A stretch of DNA of 39,391 nt from a virus (Duplodnaviria; Caudoviricetes). The notes beneath the pieces were generated by a model that was not told the DNA's origin, ran no database searches, and saw nothing but the letters and a program-made list of their open reading frames with translations. The DNA lies in IMG/VR virus record IMGVR_UViG_3300025839_000027, positions 1-39,391 of that record; one strand, 5' to 3'. This document shows, piece after piece, positions 26,393 to 34,214 of this stretch; within the stretch, counting starts at the first letter, position 1; every line of letters begins with the position of its first letter. The translations under genes were made by a program, and so were the position numbers.

Positions 26393-26487
26393 TTTGTCAC
26401 CCCCCTACGGGGAGGGGTGACAAAACCGACAAAACCGACAAGCGCATTTTTGGTACAAAACCGACAAAACCGACAAAACCGACAAAC
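26393..26487. repeat. Putative replication origin: inverted repeat plus GACAAAACC iterons
   Basis: TTTGTCACCCC/GGGGTGACAAA; 9-mers at 26419, 26428, 26454 (1 mismatch), 26463, 26472 plus partial copies; directly downstream of primase-helicase. Confidence 0.7.
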
Positions 26488-26521
26488 TCGCTAATATAAG
26501 CAATCTGCAATAATCCGCGAG

Positions 26522-28504
26522 TTATATGCAAACATTACGCACCATCCCATCATCTATTGCGAGACGCCCCTCTGAGGCGAGCAATTCAATCTCAACTTTG
26601 AAGGCCGCCATCCGACGATCATGTTTGCCTTCGTCTGGCACTGTTTGCTTCTTCATCTCAGCGCTAAGCCGTGAATACGGAACGCCCACTTCAGGATCGA
26701 AGTCCATCGCCGCCAACGTATTCAGCGCCAGCATTTCATACTTCCGCACCCGCTTGAGTTTCACCACTTCAGGTCGCGCCGTGTTGCTATGTAACAGCAC
26801 GCAGCTGGTGACTTCCGTATCGTCTTCATCGAAGCCCACGCCGATCGTCTCCAGGGTGAAGGCAAACTCTGCGCCATCCTCGCCGTCCTTCATCTTCACA
26901 ACAGACGCCGCGCGGTAGTTGTCCACGCGTATCACCTCGATCACCGCATCGGCCGCTGCGTGACTGCCTGACCACCCGCGCGCGCCCTTGCTGCTGTCTT
27001 TACCGGCATGGTGTATCAGCACAACGGTCGCACCAGTAAAGTTATGCAACCCACGGCACAGCGCCAGCGCCGCACCCATTTCCTCGCCGCTGTTCTCATT
27101 TGCACCAGGTGTGACCTGCGCCCAGGTGTCGACGAACACAATACGCGCGCCGATGGCCTTAATACCTCTCGCCAGTGCCACCACATCGGCCTTATCAGTC
27201 ATGTTCGGGGCTGCATCCAGCGTGTAGAAAGGCGTCTCAGCCAGATCAATACCATGCTGGTGCGCGTATGCCTTCATTCGTCCAGCGAAACCGCTAGCGC
27301 CCTCCGCGCAGACATAGGCCACGGGTGACTGACTGGTCTTATTACCGCGCCATTCGATACCGCGCGCCACGGCCATGCCCAGATCGAGGGCGAAGAACGA
27401 CTTACCCGATCCAGACGCGCCGAAGATCATCACCAGGGGCGATTCGGGTAACACCGTCTTGACGTGCCAGGTAGGGTTAGGCCGGTTTGTATATACATCG
27501 CCCAGGACGAACTGATACTTTAACTTTTGCCCTTCCGTAGGCTCGCCGACGATGTCCTCGAACATATCGGGCGCTTGATAGCCCACCGCGTCAAGGAACG
27601 CCTGCTGACTACGCTTCTCACAACCCGCGTGCAAGCACTTGAACGCACCATGGGGGTGGCCGTTGGTATGTGCCGGGTAGTAGACCGTCTCGGTATCGCC
27701 TGAGTCCATGGAGTGCTGTTCTTTCCAAGGGCAAACGATGTTCATCTTCTTGTCCGCGCCGATACCAAGCACCTGGTGCTGCGCGATGAGGTGCTGAGCA
27801 ATTGGATCGGCCACGATGGCGTTGTTCAGTACCTCATGGCGTGTACTGATTTTTGAAGTAGTTGCTGGCGCGACACCGAATTCAGCGTGTAACGCCAGCC
27901 AAAGTTCCTCGAACCGTTCTAAATCCAGTTCTGGTATGTCCTGGGGGAGTCCACCTTCCCATTCATATCTTGCCCCGCTTGTATGAGTGCCACAAGCGAT
28001 GAACTGTTGACCTGTGCCAAGGAATTCAATAAGACCTTCTGATGTTGTAAAGCTGCGTTTCGGCAAGTCTCCGTCGCATCTGAAAACAAGCAAAAACTTT
28101 GATGAATTGCCCCGTCCACGTCTGGGGAGAGATCCGATCCGTCCAGCAATGAATCCAGCAACAGCGTGTGCCTGATCGGGGTCTTTAATGTCAATATCAA
28201 GTGCTCTAACACGCCGTGACTGTATGCAGATTCCATAATCCTTCTCCTTTTGCCATGCTGAAATTTCGTTAAGCGTCGTGACGTGATCCGTCCACTTCGG
28301 GATACCGACCACCCGACGAGAACCATTGTATAGACTTGGCACCTTGCCCAGCCCCTTCAGTGTTGATCCTGGCGCTATCTCAGCTTCAAGATTCGAGACG
28401 ACGGGTAACAGATCCTCAGTCAGCTCAAGGCCCCACACCAGGGTATTCCAGTCTTCAGGCATCGCGCCCGCCCGTTGTTCGGGCATTGTTAGTACGTTAG
28501 GCAT
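26522..28504 (-). CDS. Primase-polymerase / Zn-binding / AAA_25-type helicase fusion
   Basis: ALDIDI, GQQFIACGTH..G.RYEW; CPW..H..CLH..C; GASGSGKS, VFVDT, LIHH.GK. Confidence 0.9.
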   Translation of the reverse strand: MPNVLTMPEQRAGAMPEDWNTLVWGLELTEDLLPVVSNLEAEIAPGSTLKGLGKVPSLYNGSRRVVGIPKWTDHVTTLNEISAWQKEKDYGICIQSRRVRALDIDIKDPDQAHAVAGFIAGRIGSLPRRGRGNSSKFLLVFRCDGDLPKRSFTTSEGLIEFLGTGQQFIACGTHTSGARYEWEGGLPQDIPELDLERFEELWLALHAEFGVAPATTSKISTRHEVLNNAIVADPIAQHLIAQHQVLGIGADKKMNIVCPWKEQHSMDSGDTETVYYPAHTNGHPHGAFKCLHAGCEKRSQQAFLDAVGYQAPDMFEDIVGEPTEGQKLKYQFVLGDVYTNRPNPTWHVKTVLPESPLVMIFGASGSGKSFFALDLGMAVARGIEWRGNKTSQSPVAYVCAEGASGFAGRMKAYAHQHGIDLAETPFYTLDAAPNMTDKADVVALARGIKAIGARIVFVDTWAQVTPGANENSGEEMGAALALCRGLHNFTGATVVLIHHAGKDSSKGARGWSGSHAAADAVIEVIRVDNYRAASVVKMKDGEDGAEFAFTLETIGVGFDEDDTEVTSCVLLHSNTARPEVVKLKRVRKYEMLALNTLAAMDFDPEVGVPYSRLSAEMKKQTVPDEGKHDRRMAAFKVEIELLASEGRLAIDDGMVRNVCI

Positions 28505-28557
28505 AATTGCCCCCCCCGTTTTTATTGTTGTGACACAGAGTTAGGCGGGTAGGGACG

Positions 28558-28764
28558 CTAATCCCTGCGATTCCCTGAGATTCCCTTAGACTCCATGAGG
28601 CTCCGAAGTAGAGTGGCTTCACGCTCACGGCAAGAGGCCCATTCATGCAACACATCGCGCACTATCTCACTACGCTCCTTGCCAGAAATACGTTGCTGCG
28701 CTTCGAGCACCACGTCAGTCAGTTCCGTGATTTTTGCGCGAAGGTCTATAAGTTCAATTGTCAT
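28558..28764 (-). CDS. Small regulator at the cII position (RHH-like)
   Basis: DLRAKIT..GKERSEIVRDVLHEW; lies between cro and primase. Confidence 0.6.
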   Translation of the reverse strand: MTIELIDLRAKITELTDVVLEAQQRISGKERSEIVRDVLHEWASCREREATLLRSLMESKGISGNRRD

Positions 28765-28782
28765 GCCTTGCCTTTCAAGAAT

Positions 28783-28808
28783 AAAAAAGCCCGTGGCGAA
28801 CCACAGGC
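28783..28808 (-). terminator. tR1-like terminator after cro
   Basis: GCCTGTGG-TTCG-CCACGGGC-TTTTTT on the minus strand. Confidence 0.8.
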
Positions 28809-28825
28809 AAAAACACCCAACTGGT

Positions 28826-29068
28826 TTATGAGCTGGGTGGAGGGGGTAAGTCTTTATCGATAAGTTCAGGCCAGATCAAGTGCCAGTCAGTCGGGCGCAG
28901 GTCTTTTCGGGTGACCTGGCCTTTGGTGGCTTGCTCGATGGCGACACACTGCTCGGCCGCAACCGGCCTGATGCCTTTTAACCATTGGTAAACCAGGCCA
29001 CTGGATACACCTAATGACGCAGCGAAAGCGGCCTGGGACGTAGTTTTTATATAGGAGGGTAGTTTCAT
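28826..29068 (-). CDS. cro: Cro/YdaS-like HTH regulator
   Basis: SQAAFAASLGVS..LVYQW, IEQATKGQVTRKDLRP.DW..IWPEL. Confidence 0.88.
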   Translation of the reverse strand: MKLPSYIKTTSQAAFAASLGVSSGLVYQWLKGIRPVAAEQCVAIEQATKGQVTRKDLRPTDWHLIWPELIDKDLPPPPSS

Positions 29069-29075
29069 GCCTTCG

Positions 29076-29118
29076 ATAATAGCAAAGCTATTTAACGCGC
29101 GTCAATAGCTTTGCTAGT
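29076..29118 (-). promoter_or_regulatory. PR-like promoter with two 15-bp operators AATAGC-NNN-GCTATT
   Basis: TTGACG-N18-TATTAT with TGn on the minus strand; operators at 29078..29092 and 29104..29118 (1 mismatch). Confidence 0.85.
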
Positions 29119-29134
29119 TGATAAGGAAATTGTA

Positions 29135-29452
29135 ATGCGACAAAGTAAGCACATGGCGAAAATAGAACAATGGCAAATAGACGACGCAGCACGCTTAAAA
29201 GTGCTAATCGAACGTCATCTCGCTGATGAAATGATTACGCAAGCAGAATTCACCTCAAGGTGTGGCTGGTCGCAAAGCATGATCCACCAATACACCAAAC
29301 CGCTGCGATCACTGGGGCTTGAGACTGTGGCTATTTTCGCCCAGACTCTTGATGTGCCAATAGATAAGATATCCCCCAGACTGGCCCATAGAATCCGCGA
29401 GCTTTATGGCCTTGTCGATGTCGAGAAAGTAAGGAAACAAGGCACAAACTAA
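29135..29452 (+). CDS. cI: CI-like repressor, N-terminal HTH domain only
   Basis: DAARLK..ITQAEF..GWSQS..FAQTLDVPIDKISPRLA resembles the lambda CI N-domain; divergent from cro; ATG 29135 has AAGGA SD (29153 is an alternative). Confidence 0.82.
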   Translation: MRQSKHMAKIEQWQIDDAARLKVLIERHLADEMITQAEFTSRCGWSQSMIHQYTKPLRSLGLETVAIFAQTLDVPIDKISPRLAHRIRELYGLVDVEKVRKQGTN

Positions 29453-29510
29453 TAACGTGATCCAGTTGCAAATACAGCTGGCGTTCAAATTTTGAAAGGA
29501 ACCTAGGAAC

Positions 29511-30053
29511 ATGCTGAAGCTATTGATCTTAATCTTGATAAACCTGCTCCCAATAAGCCTAGCGCAAGCTGAAACGGGAGCACAAAACACGGAATCGCCC
29601 TACCAGCAAGGGCTACGCACCGTAATCACTGAAACGAATAATCGTATCGATCTGGAGCTTGGGAAGTCTTTCGGGCGCGGCGACGGTAGGGAGGACGTGA
29701 GGACCAGCATGGTTAAGAAAGAACTGGCTAAGGTGTACGATAATGTACTAACACATTTGATTAATAAGGCAAAACTGGATTCAAGTAATTTAAAAGACGC
29801 ACAAAACTATTTTGATGGAGTAAAAGAGCAACTCCCAGCTGAGATGCAGGACAACGCACAGCTAAAGCTAAAAGCAATCAACGACCAGATATTTGCGTTT
29901 ACGTATACCGATAGTTTGTTTACAAAAATTACGACCACACCCCAGCAACTTAAAAAAGTTCAATCTGACTATGAAGGCCACGTTATTAGCACTGAACAGA
30001 GAATACTCATCGAACAACGAATCGAGCAGCACAGCAATCAATTACGTAAATAA
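29511..30053 (+). CDS. Secreted hypothetical protein (moron downstream of cI)
   Basis: Signal peptide MLKLLILILINLLPISLAQA; AT-rich; helical. Confidence 0.75.
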   Translation: MLKLLILILINLLPISLAQAETGAQNTESPYQQGLRTVITETNNRIDLELGKSFGRGDGREDVRTSMVKKELAKVYDNVLTHLINKAKLDSSNLKDAQNYFDGVKEQLPAEMQDNAQLKLKAINDQIFAFTYTDSLFTKITTTPQQLKKVQSDYEGHVISTEQRILIEQRIEQHSNQLRK

Positions 30054-30079
30054 ATATAACTAATTGATTTTACTAATCA

Positions 30080-30242
30080 ATGCTCGACTTTACAAAACGA
30101 TGAAAAGATCGCGCGACTCGAAGACCTGATCCTTGTAGAACACGGCCGAGCCGATGTTCTAGCCGGGCAGGTATCCGCGCTTAAAATCATTTGCGCCGCC
30201 CTCATCGCAACCCACCCGAATCGCAGTTCTGTAAGCCGCTGA
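30080..30242 (+). pseudogene. Possible frameshifted remnant (STLQNDEKIARLEDL...ALIATHPNRSSVSR)
   Basis: Protein-like open frame 30081..30242 lacks an in-frame start; ATG at 30080 is one base out of frame. Confidence 0.3.
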
Positions 30243-30382
30243 CTGGATGGGGTACTGTGACGCATCTTTATGAACACCCTACCGTAGATCCTCTACCATT
30301 GTCTTAAATTCTGCGTCCAGTTCGGGCGAACAGCCTAAAAATAACAAACCACTTCGGCTACCCATAACACCCTCCTAAATTG

Positions 30383-30406
30383 AAACCCGCCCAGTGCGGG
30401 TTTTTT
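30383..30406 (+). terminator. Terminator of the cI/moron transcript
   Basis: AAACCCGC-CCAGT-GCGGGTTT followed by further T residues. Confidence 0.85.
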
Positions 30407-30422
30407 CACGTCTATTAAAATA

Positions 30423-30465
30423 AATAGCAAAGCTATTGACGCGCGTTAAATAGCTTTGCTATTAT
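30423..30465 (+). promoter_or_regulatory. PL-like promoter with two 15-bp operators
   Basis: TTGACG-N18-TATTAT; operators at 30423..30437 and 30449..30463. Confidence 0.85.
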
Positions 30466-30509
30466 ACGTCCCGTAGCAAAACAATCTATCAAAAATCAGG
30501 AGATCAAGA

Positions 30510-30860
30510 ATGTACCTGCCCGCCCTTAATGATGAAGAACTGCTGCGCTACGCAGAGTCAACCCAGAACGCCATCACCTCGACCGATCTTGAAATCGAAC
30601 TGGTCAAGCGCATGGCCATGCTACTCGAAATCCAGGACGCACGAGCGGTGGAAGACGAAGCGCTTGCGCCGCTCGTGGATGCGGTCGTCACTAACTACGC
30701 AACGTCTGCCGAGTATCTGCTCGCCATCCGCGAATCGGAGATTGAGACACCCAAGGAACTAAAAGCAATGCTCGAACTGGCTAATAAATTCCAGGAGTAC
30801 AGCGAAGCGCATTCCATCGCAGTTACCGAACTGAACAACTTAATTTCACTCACCCACTAG
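30510..30860 (+). CDS. Hypothetical early protein
   Basis: CAGGAG SD; first gene after PL; LNDEELLRYA..LEIELVKR. Confidence 0.75.
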   Translation: MYLPALNDEELLRYAESTQNAITSTDLEIELVKRMAMLLEIQDARAVEDEALAPLVDAVVTNYATSAEYLLAIRESEIETPKELKAMLELANKFQEYSEAHSIAVTELNNLISLTH

Positions 30861-30873
30861 AAGGAGATACACC

Positions 30874-31275
30874 ATGTCACTCGAAGCCGCATTACTTGAA
30901 AATACCGCCACACTCCGCGAACTGATTACTCACCTCTCAGGGGTGAAAGCCGCAAATGACGACACCGCAAAAAAGCCAGCCCTAACCGTTGTCGGTACCC
31001 CGACTGCCGCCAAAACGGAAAAGGCGCAAGCAATCAAAACCGAAGCGGTGAAAGCCGAGCCTGTTAAGGAATCCCCTTCTGAAAAGGCCAAAGTCCTGAC
31101 ATTCGACGATGTGCGCATCCCGTTCGTTGCTATGGCCTCGAAGAAAGGCAGCCCCGTCGTTGTGGCATTGCTCGCCGAATTCGGCGTCGACGCGGCAAAA
31201 GGCGGCAAGTTGTCGGCTATCCCTAGTGAAAAGTGGCCTGAAGTGTTGGTCGCGATCCAGAAAGCGAGCGCTTAA
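30874..31275 (+). CDS. Conserved hypothetical protein preceding DUF2800
   Basis: AAGGAG SD; MSLEAAL.ENT, K/A-rich linker, LLAEFG..KLS.IP domain. Confidence 0.75.
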   Translation: MSLEAALLENTATLRELITHLSGVKAANDDTAKKPALTVVGTPTAAKTEKAQAIKTEAVKAEPVKESPSEKAKVLTFDDVRIPFVAMASKKGSPVVVALLAEFGVDAAKGGKLSAIPSEKWPEVLVAIQKASA

Positions 31276-31617
31276 ATGATACGCATCGACGGCATTATCT
31301 ACGCAACGATCGAAGACGCAAAAAGTGTCTTGTTGGTCGCCAAGAGAATTGAAATTAACGGGGGCGCGCTGACCTCCTTGAACGCACCAGCCGCTACTGA
31401 CCTCTGGGTGGAAAACAACGCGGCGCTGACCTCCTTGAACGCACCAGCCGCTACTGACCTCTGGGTGATGAACAACGCGGCGCTGACCTCCTTGGACGCA
31501 CCAGCCGCTACTGACCTCTGGGTGATGAACAACGCGGCGCTGACCTCCTTGGACGCACCAGCCGCTACTGACCTCTGGGTGGAAAACAACGCATTACTAA
31601 GCGAGAAAACAAAATGA
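31276..31617 (+). CDS. Small LRR-like repeat protein (4 x 19 aa)
   Basis: ALTSL(N/D)APAATDLWV(E/M)NNA x4; coupled to both neighbours. Confidence 0.75.
   Translation: MIRIDGIIYATIEDAKSVLLVAKRIEINGGALTSLNAPAATDLWVENNAALTSLNAPAATDLWVMNNAALTSLDAPAATDLWVMNNAALTSLDAPAATDLWVENNALLSEKTK
31366..31593 (+). repeat. 57-bp tandem repeat x4
   Basis: Units start at 31366, 31423, 31480, 31537. Confidence 0.95.
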
Positions 31618-32897
31618 GCGCACACGCAATCCTCTCACCGTCTAGTGAGCACCGTTGGGGTGCGTGTCCGGGTGCGCCAGCCATGGAGCTGGACAAGCCG
31701 AACACGTCCAGCAAGTACGCAGACGAAGGCACCGCGGCTCACTTCTTGGCGTCTGAGTGTCTGACATCTGGTGTCAATGTACTGGCGCACAAAGGCCGGT
31801 TCATCCATGTAACGAACGACGGGTGCCTCTTCCTTGACGGCGCAATCTCTCCCTCGTTTGAGGTGGATGCCGACATGGTTCGCTACGTTCAGATATATCT
31901 GGATATCGTCCGAGACTATGCCAAGAGCGGACCGCTGCTGGTTGAACAGACCCTACCGATTGGCCACATCACCGGTGAAGCGAATGCCGAAGGCACTGGT
32001 GACGCTGTTGTACTTCCCGACGGCGAGATCATCGTCATCGATCTCAAGTATGGTCAAGGCCTTGAAGTCAGCGCGGAAGATAACGGCCAGCTCAAGATGT
32101 ACGCCCTGGGCGCACTGAAGAAGTACGAAATGCTGGGTGACTACAAACGGGCACGTCTCGTTATCGTTCAGCCACGCATCAACACAAGGCCGTCGGAGTG
32201 GGATATCTCAATTGACGACCTGGTGGCATGGGGTGAAGAGACCAGCAAGCGCGCAAAGACAGCATTGACCGCGCTTGAGTATCGAAGCAACTGGATGGGT
32301 CACGAGCTTCAGTATCTCGTCCCTGGTGAAAAGCAGTGCCACTTCTGCAAAGCGAAAGCAACCTGCCCGGCGCTGGCCGCCAAAGTATCGGAGACTGTCG
32401 GCGCGCAGTTCGAGGACATCACGCCCGAGCACATCAAAGAAGAAGTCACGACAATGGCAAGCGATGACGCTGGCCTACTCGGCGCGATGATGAAATCGGT
32501 AGACCTGATCGAAGACTGGTGTACCGCGATCCGCGCGGAAGTCGAGCGTCGGCTGCTAGCTGGCGCACCCGTTGGTGGTTACAAGTTGGTGCAGGGCAAA
32601 CGCGGCAATCGTGCCTGGACAGATGCGGAAGAAGCCGAACGCGTACTCAAGGGCATGAGACTGAAATCAGAACTGAAGCTCGAAGAAGATCCGATCTACA
32701 CCTACAAGCTGGTGTCCCCGACGGTCATCGAGAAGCTGCTCAAAGAAGCCAGTCCGAAAAGATGGGCGCGTCTGTTGCCGATGATAGGACAGTCCGAAGG
32801 CAAGCCGTCCGTCGCGCCTGAGTCCGACAAGCGCCCCGCCTTGGTGCGAGGTGCTGACCAGTTCGATGAAGTCCTCGATGCGGAGGCCTTCGTATGA
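31614..32897 (+). CDS. DUF2800 Cas4-like PD-(D/E)xK nuclease
   Basis: HAILSPSS..RW..CPG, EGTAAH, GTGD, IDLKYG.G, QL..YA.G, C.FC....C. Confidence 0.9.
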   Translation: MSAHAILSPSSEHRWGACPGAPAMELDKPNTSSKYADEGTAAHFLASECLTSGVNVLAHKGRFIHVTNDGCLFLDGAISPSFEVDADMVRYVQIYLDIVRDYAKSGPLLVEQTLPIGHITGEANAEGTGDAVVLPDGEIIVIDLKYGQGLEVSAEDNGQLKMYALGALKKYEMLGDYKRARLVIVQPRINTRPSEWDISIDDLVAWGEETSKRAKTALTALEYRSNWMGHELQYLVPGEKQCHFCKAKATCPALAAKVSETVGAQFEDITPEHIKEEVTTMASDDAGLLGAMMKSVDLIEDWCTAIRAEVERRLLAGAPVGGYKLVQGKRGNRAWTDAEEAERVLKGMRLKSELKLEEDPIYTYKLVSPTVIEKLLKEASPKRWARLLPMIGQSEGKPSVAPESDKRPALVRGADQFDEVLDAEAFV

Positions 32898-33034
32898 AGA
32901 CGCTTACATGCCTAACGCTGTCCGTGTTTCTCATGCCTTTTACCTGCGTGGGTTTCGTCTACCGACTGGCTGCTACCGCGCTGCACGTCGGGATTGATCT
33001 GGCCGACGACTTGATGCACTGGGCTGAGCGATGA
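32894..33034 (+). CDS. Unannotated 46-aa hydrophobic protein MKTLTCLTLSVFLMPFTCVGFVYRL...
   Basis: Hand-translated; GGAGG SD; ATGA overlaps at both ends. Confidence 0.65.
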   Translation: MKTLTCLTLSVFLMPFTCVGFVYRLAATALHVGIDLADDLMHWAER

Positions 33035-33210
33035 ACGAGGACAGACCAAGGAGCGGAATACCGCCCGCGAAGATTCTGCCACCCGACGCATGCGCCATTT
33101 TACAGAAAGCAGTAAACGCACCACCTAACCAGCGACATTTTGCAATTGATGCCGCAATTGATGAAGTGAAATTGAAGTACCCGCAGTTTTTTAAATCTGA
33201 AAAGGAGTAA
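33031..33210 (+). CDS. Unannotated 59-aa phage protein MNEDRP...LPPDA...AIDAAIDEVKLKYPQFF
   Basis: Hand-translated; ATGA overlap; fills the gap up to DUF2815. Confidence 0.7.
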   Translation: MNEDRPRSGIPPAKILPPDACAILQKAVNAPPNQRHFAIDAAIDEVKLKYPQFFKSEKE

Positions 33211-33214
33211 CGCC

Positions 33215-33757
33215 ATGCAATTGAACTACGTTCGTTTAAGTTTCCCTGACATCTTCCGCGCGGTCGAATTCAAAACCGGCGACGGCAAGCCGCGCTTCAA
33301 TGCCACGTTCCTTGTTGAGCCAGGCAGCGAAAACGATCTCAAGATCCGCACCGAGATCAAGCGTGTCGCAAATGAAGCCTACGGCAAGAAGGCCGAAGCC
33401 TACCTCAAGCAGTGGGATGGCAATAGCCAGAAGTTCGCTTACCTCGACGGCAACACCAAAGAGTACGACGGTTACGCCGACATGATGTTTCTGTCCTGCC
33501 ACAGCAAGGTGCGCCCAGGTGTGTTCGACCTGGACAAGACCCCACTGGTTGAAGAAGACGGCCGCCCATACGCTGGTTGCTACGTGGATGCGATTGTCAA
33601 TATCTACGCCCAGACTGGCGAGAACCCAGGCATTCGGGGCGCTTTCTCAGGCATTCGCTTCCGTGCAGACGGTGACGCATTCGGCGGCGGATGTTCAGCC
33701 AAGGCGGATGACTTCGCAGACATTACCGAAGGCGCAGAAGCGGAGGCCTTCGTATGA
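33215..33757 (+). CDS. DUF2815 ssDNA-binding protein (T7 gp2.5-like)
   Basis: VRLSFP, PYAGCYV, DGDAFGGG, acidic C-terminal tail. Confidence 0.9.
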   Translation: MQLNYVRLSFPDIFRAVEFKTGDGKPRFNATFLVEPGSENDLKIRTEIKRVANEAYGKKAEAYLKQWDGNSQKFAYLDGNTKEYDGYADMMFLSCHSKVRPGVFDLDKTPLVEEDGRPYAGCYVDAIVNIYAQTGENPGIRGAFSGIRFRADGDAFGGGCSAKADDFADITEGAEAEAFV

Positions 33758-33933
33758 ACGAGGAAATCTTCCGTGCGGAGTTTGGCCGCGATGTGGTGAA
33801 CAGTACCGACCAGCCGTTGGCCTTCGTCATCGGAGAGGTACAGGCGATCATCGAGCGTGGCTCAATACCGATTGATGTCTCGTTGCTGTTGACCGCAGCG
33901 CAGAAAATCGTAGTGACTATTTCAATCGAATAA
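33754..33933 (+). CDS. Unannotated 59-aa protein MNEEIFRAEFGRDVV...
   Basis: Hand-translated; GGAGG SD; ATGA overlap. Confidence 0.6.
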   Translation: MNEEIFRAEFGRDVVNSTDQPLAFVIGEVQAIIERGSIPIDVSLLLTAAQKIVVTISIE

Positions 33934-34049
33934 ACCGACTCCCGATCGGCAGTGATAGAGCGATCTACCCATCAGCATCAGGTTGCGGGTTTCCTGATAG
34001 TTCCGGCAGCAGGGTGCTGGTGGATTAGCGTTTAAACAAGGAGATACAC

Positions 34050-34214
34050 ATGTGCATACATAAGTGGAATACGACAGCGGTAGAAGGCAAGACCCGCGCA
34101 AAGTGCGCCCGTTGCGGCGTAGTCCGTACCTGGACATTCGTGCATAACACGAAGTTCCACCCCGAGAAAGTGCCTCACGTAGCGCCTTACAAAATAGAGA
34201 GACCAGCAGCGTGA
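34050..34214 (+). CDS. Unannotated 54-aa zinc-ribbon protein (CxH...CxxC)
   Basis: MCIHKW...KCARCG; AAGGAG SD; GTGA overlap with the polymerase. Confidence 0.7.
   Translation: MCIHKWNTTAVEGKTRAKCARCGVVRTWTFVHNTKFHPEKVPHVAPYKIERPAA

Noticed and set aside
31366-31593. CRISPR array next to a Cas4-like gene
   Set aside because: Repeats are contiguous, in-frame coding units with no unique spacers; DUF2800 is a normal phage replication gene
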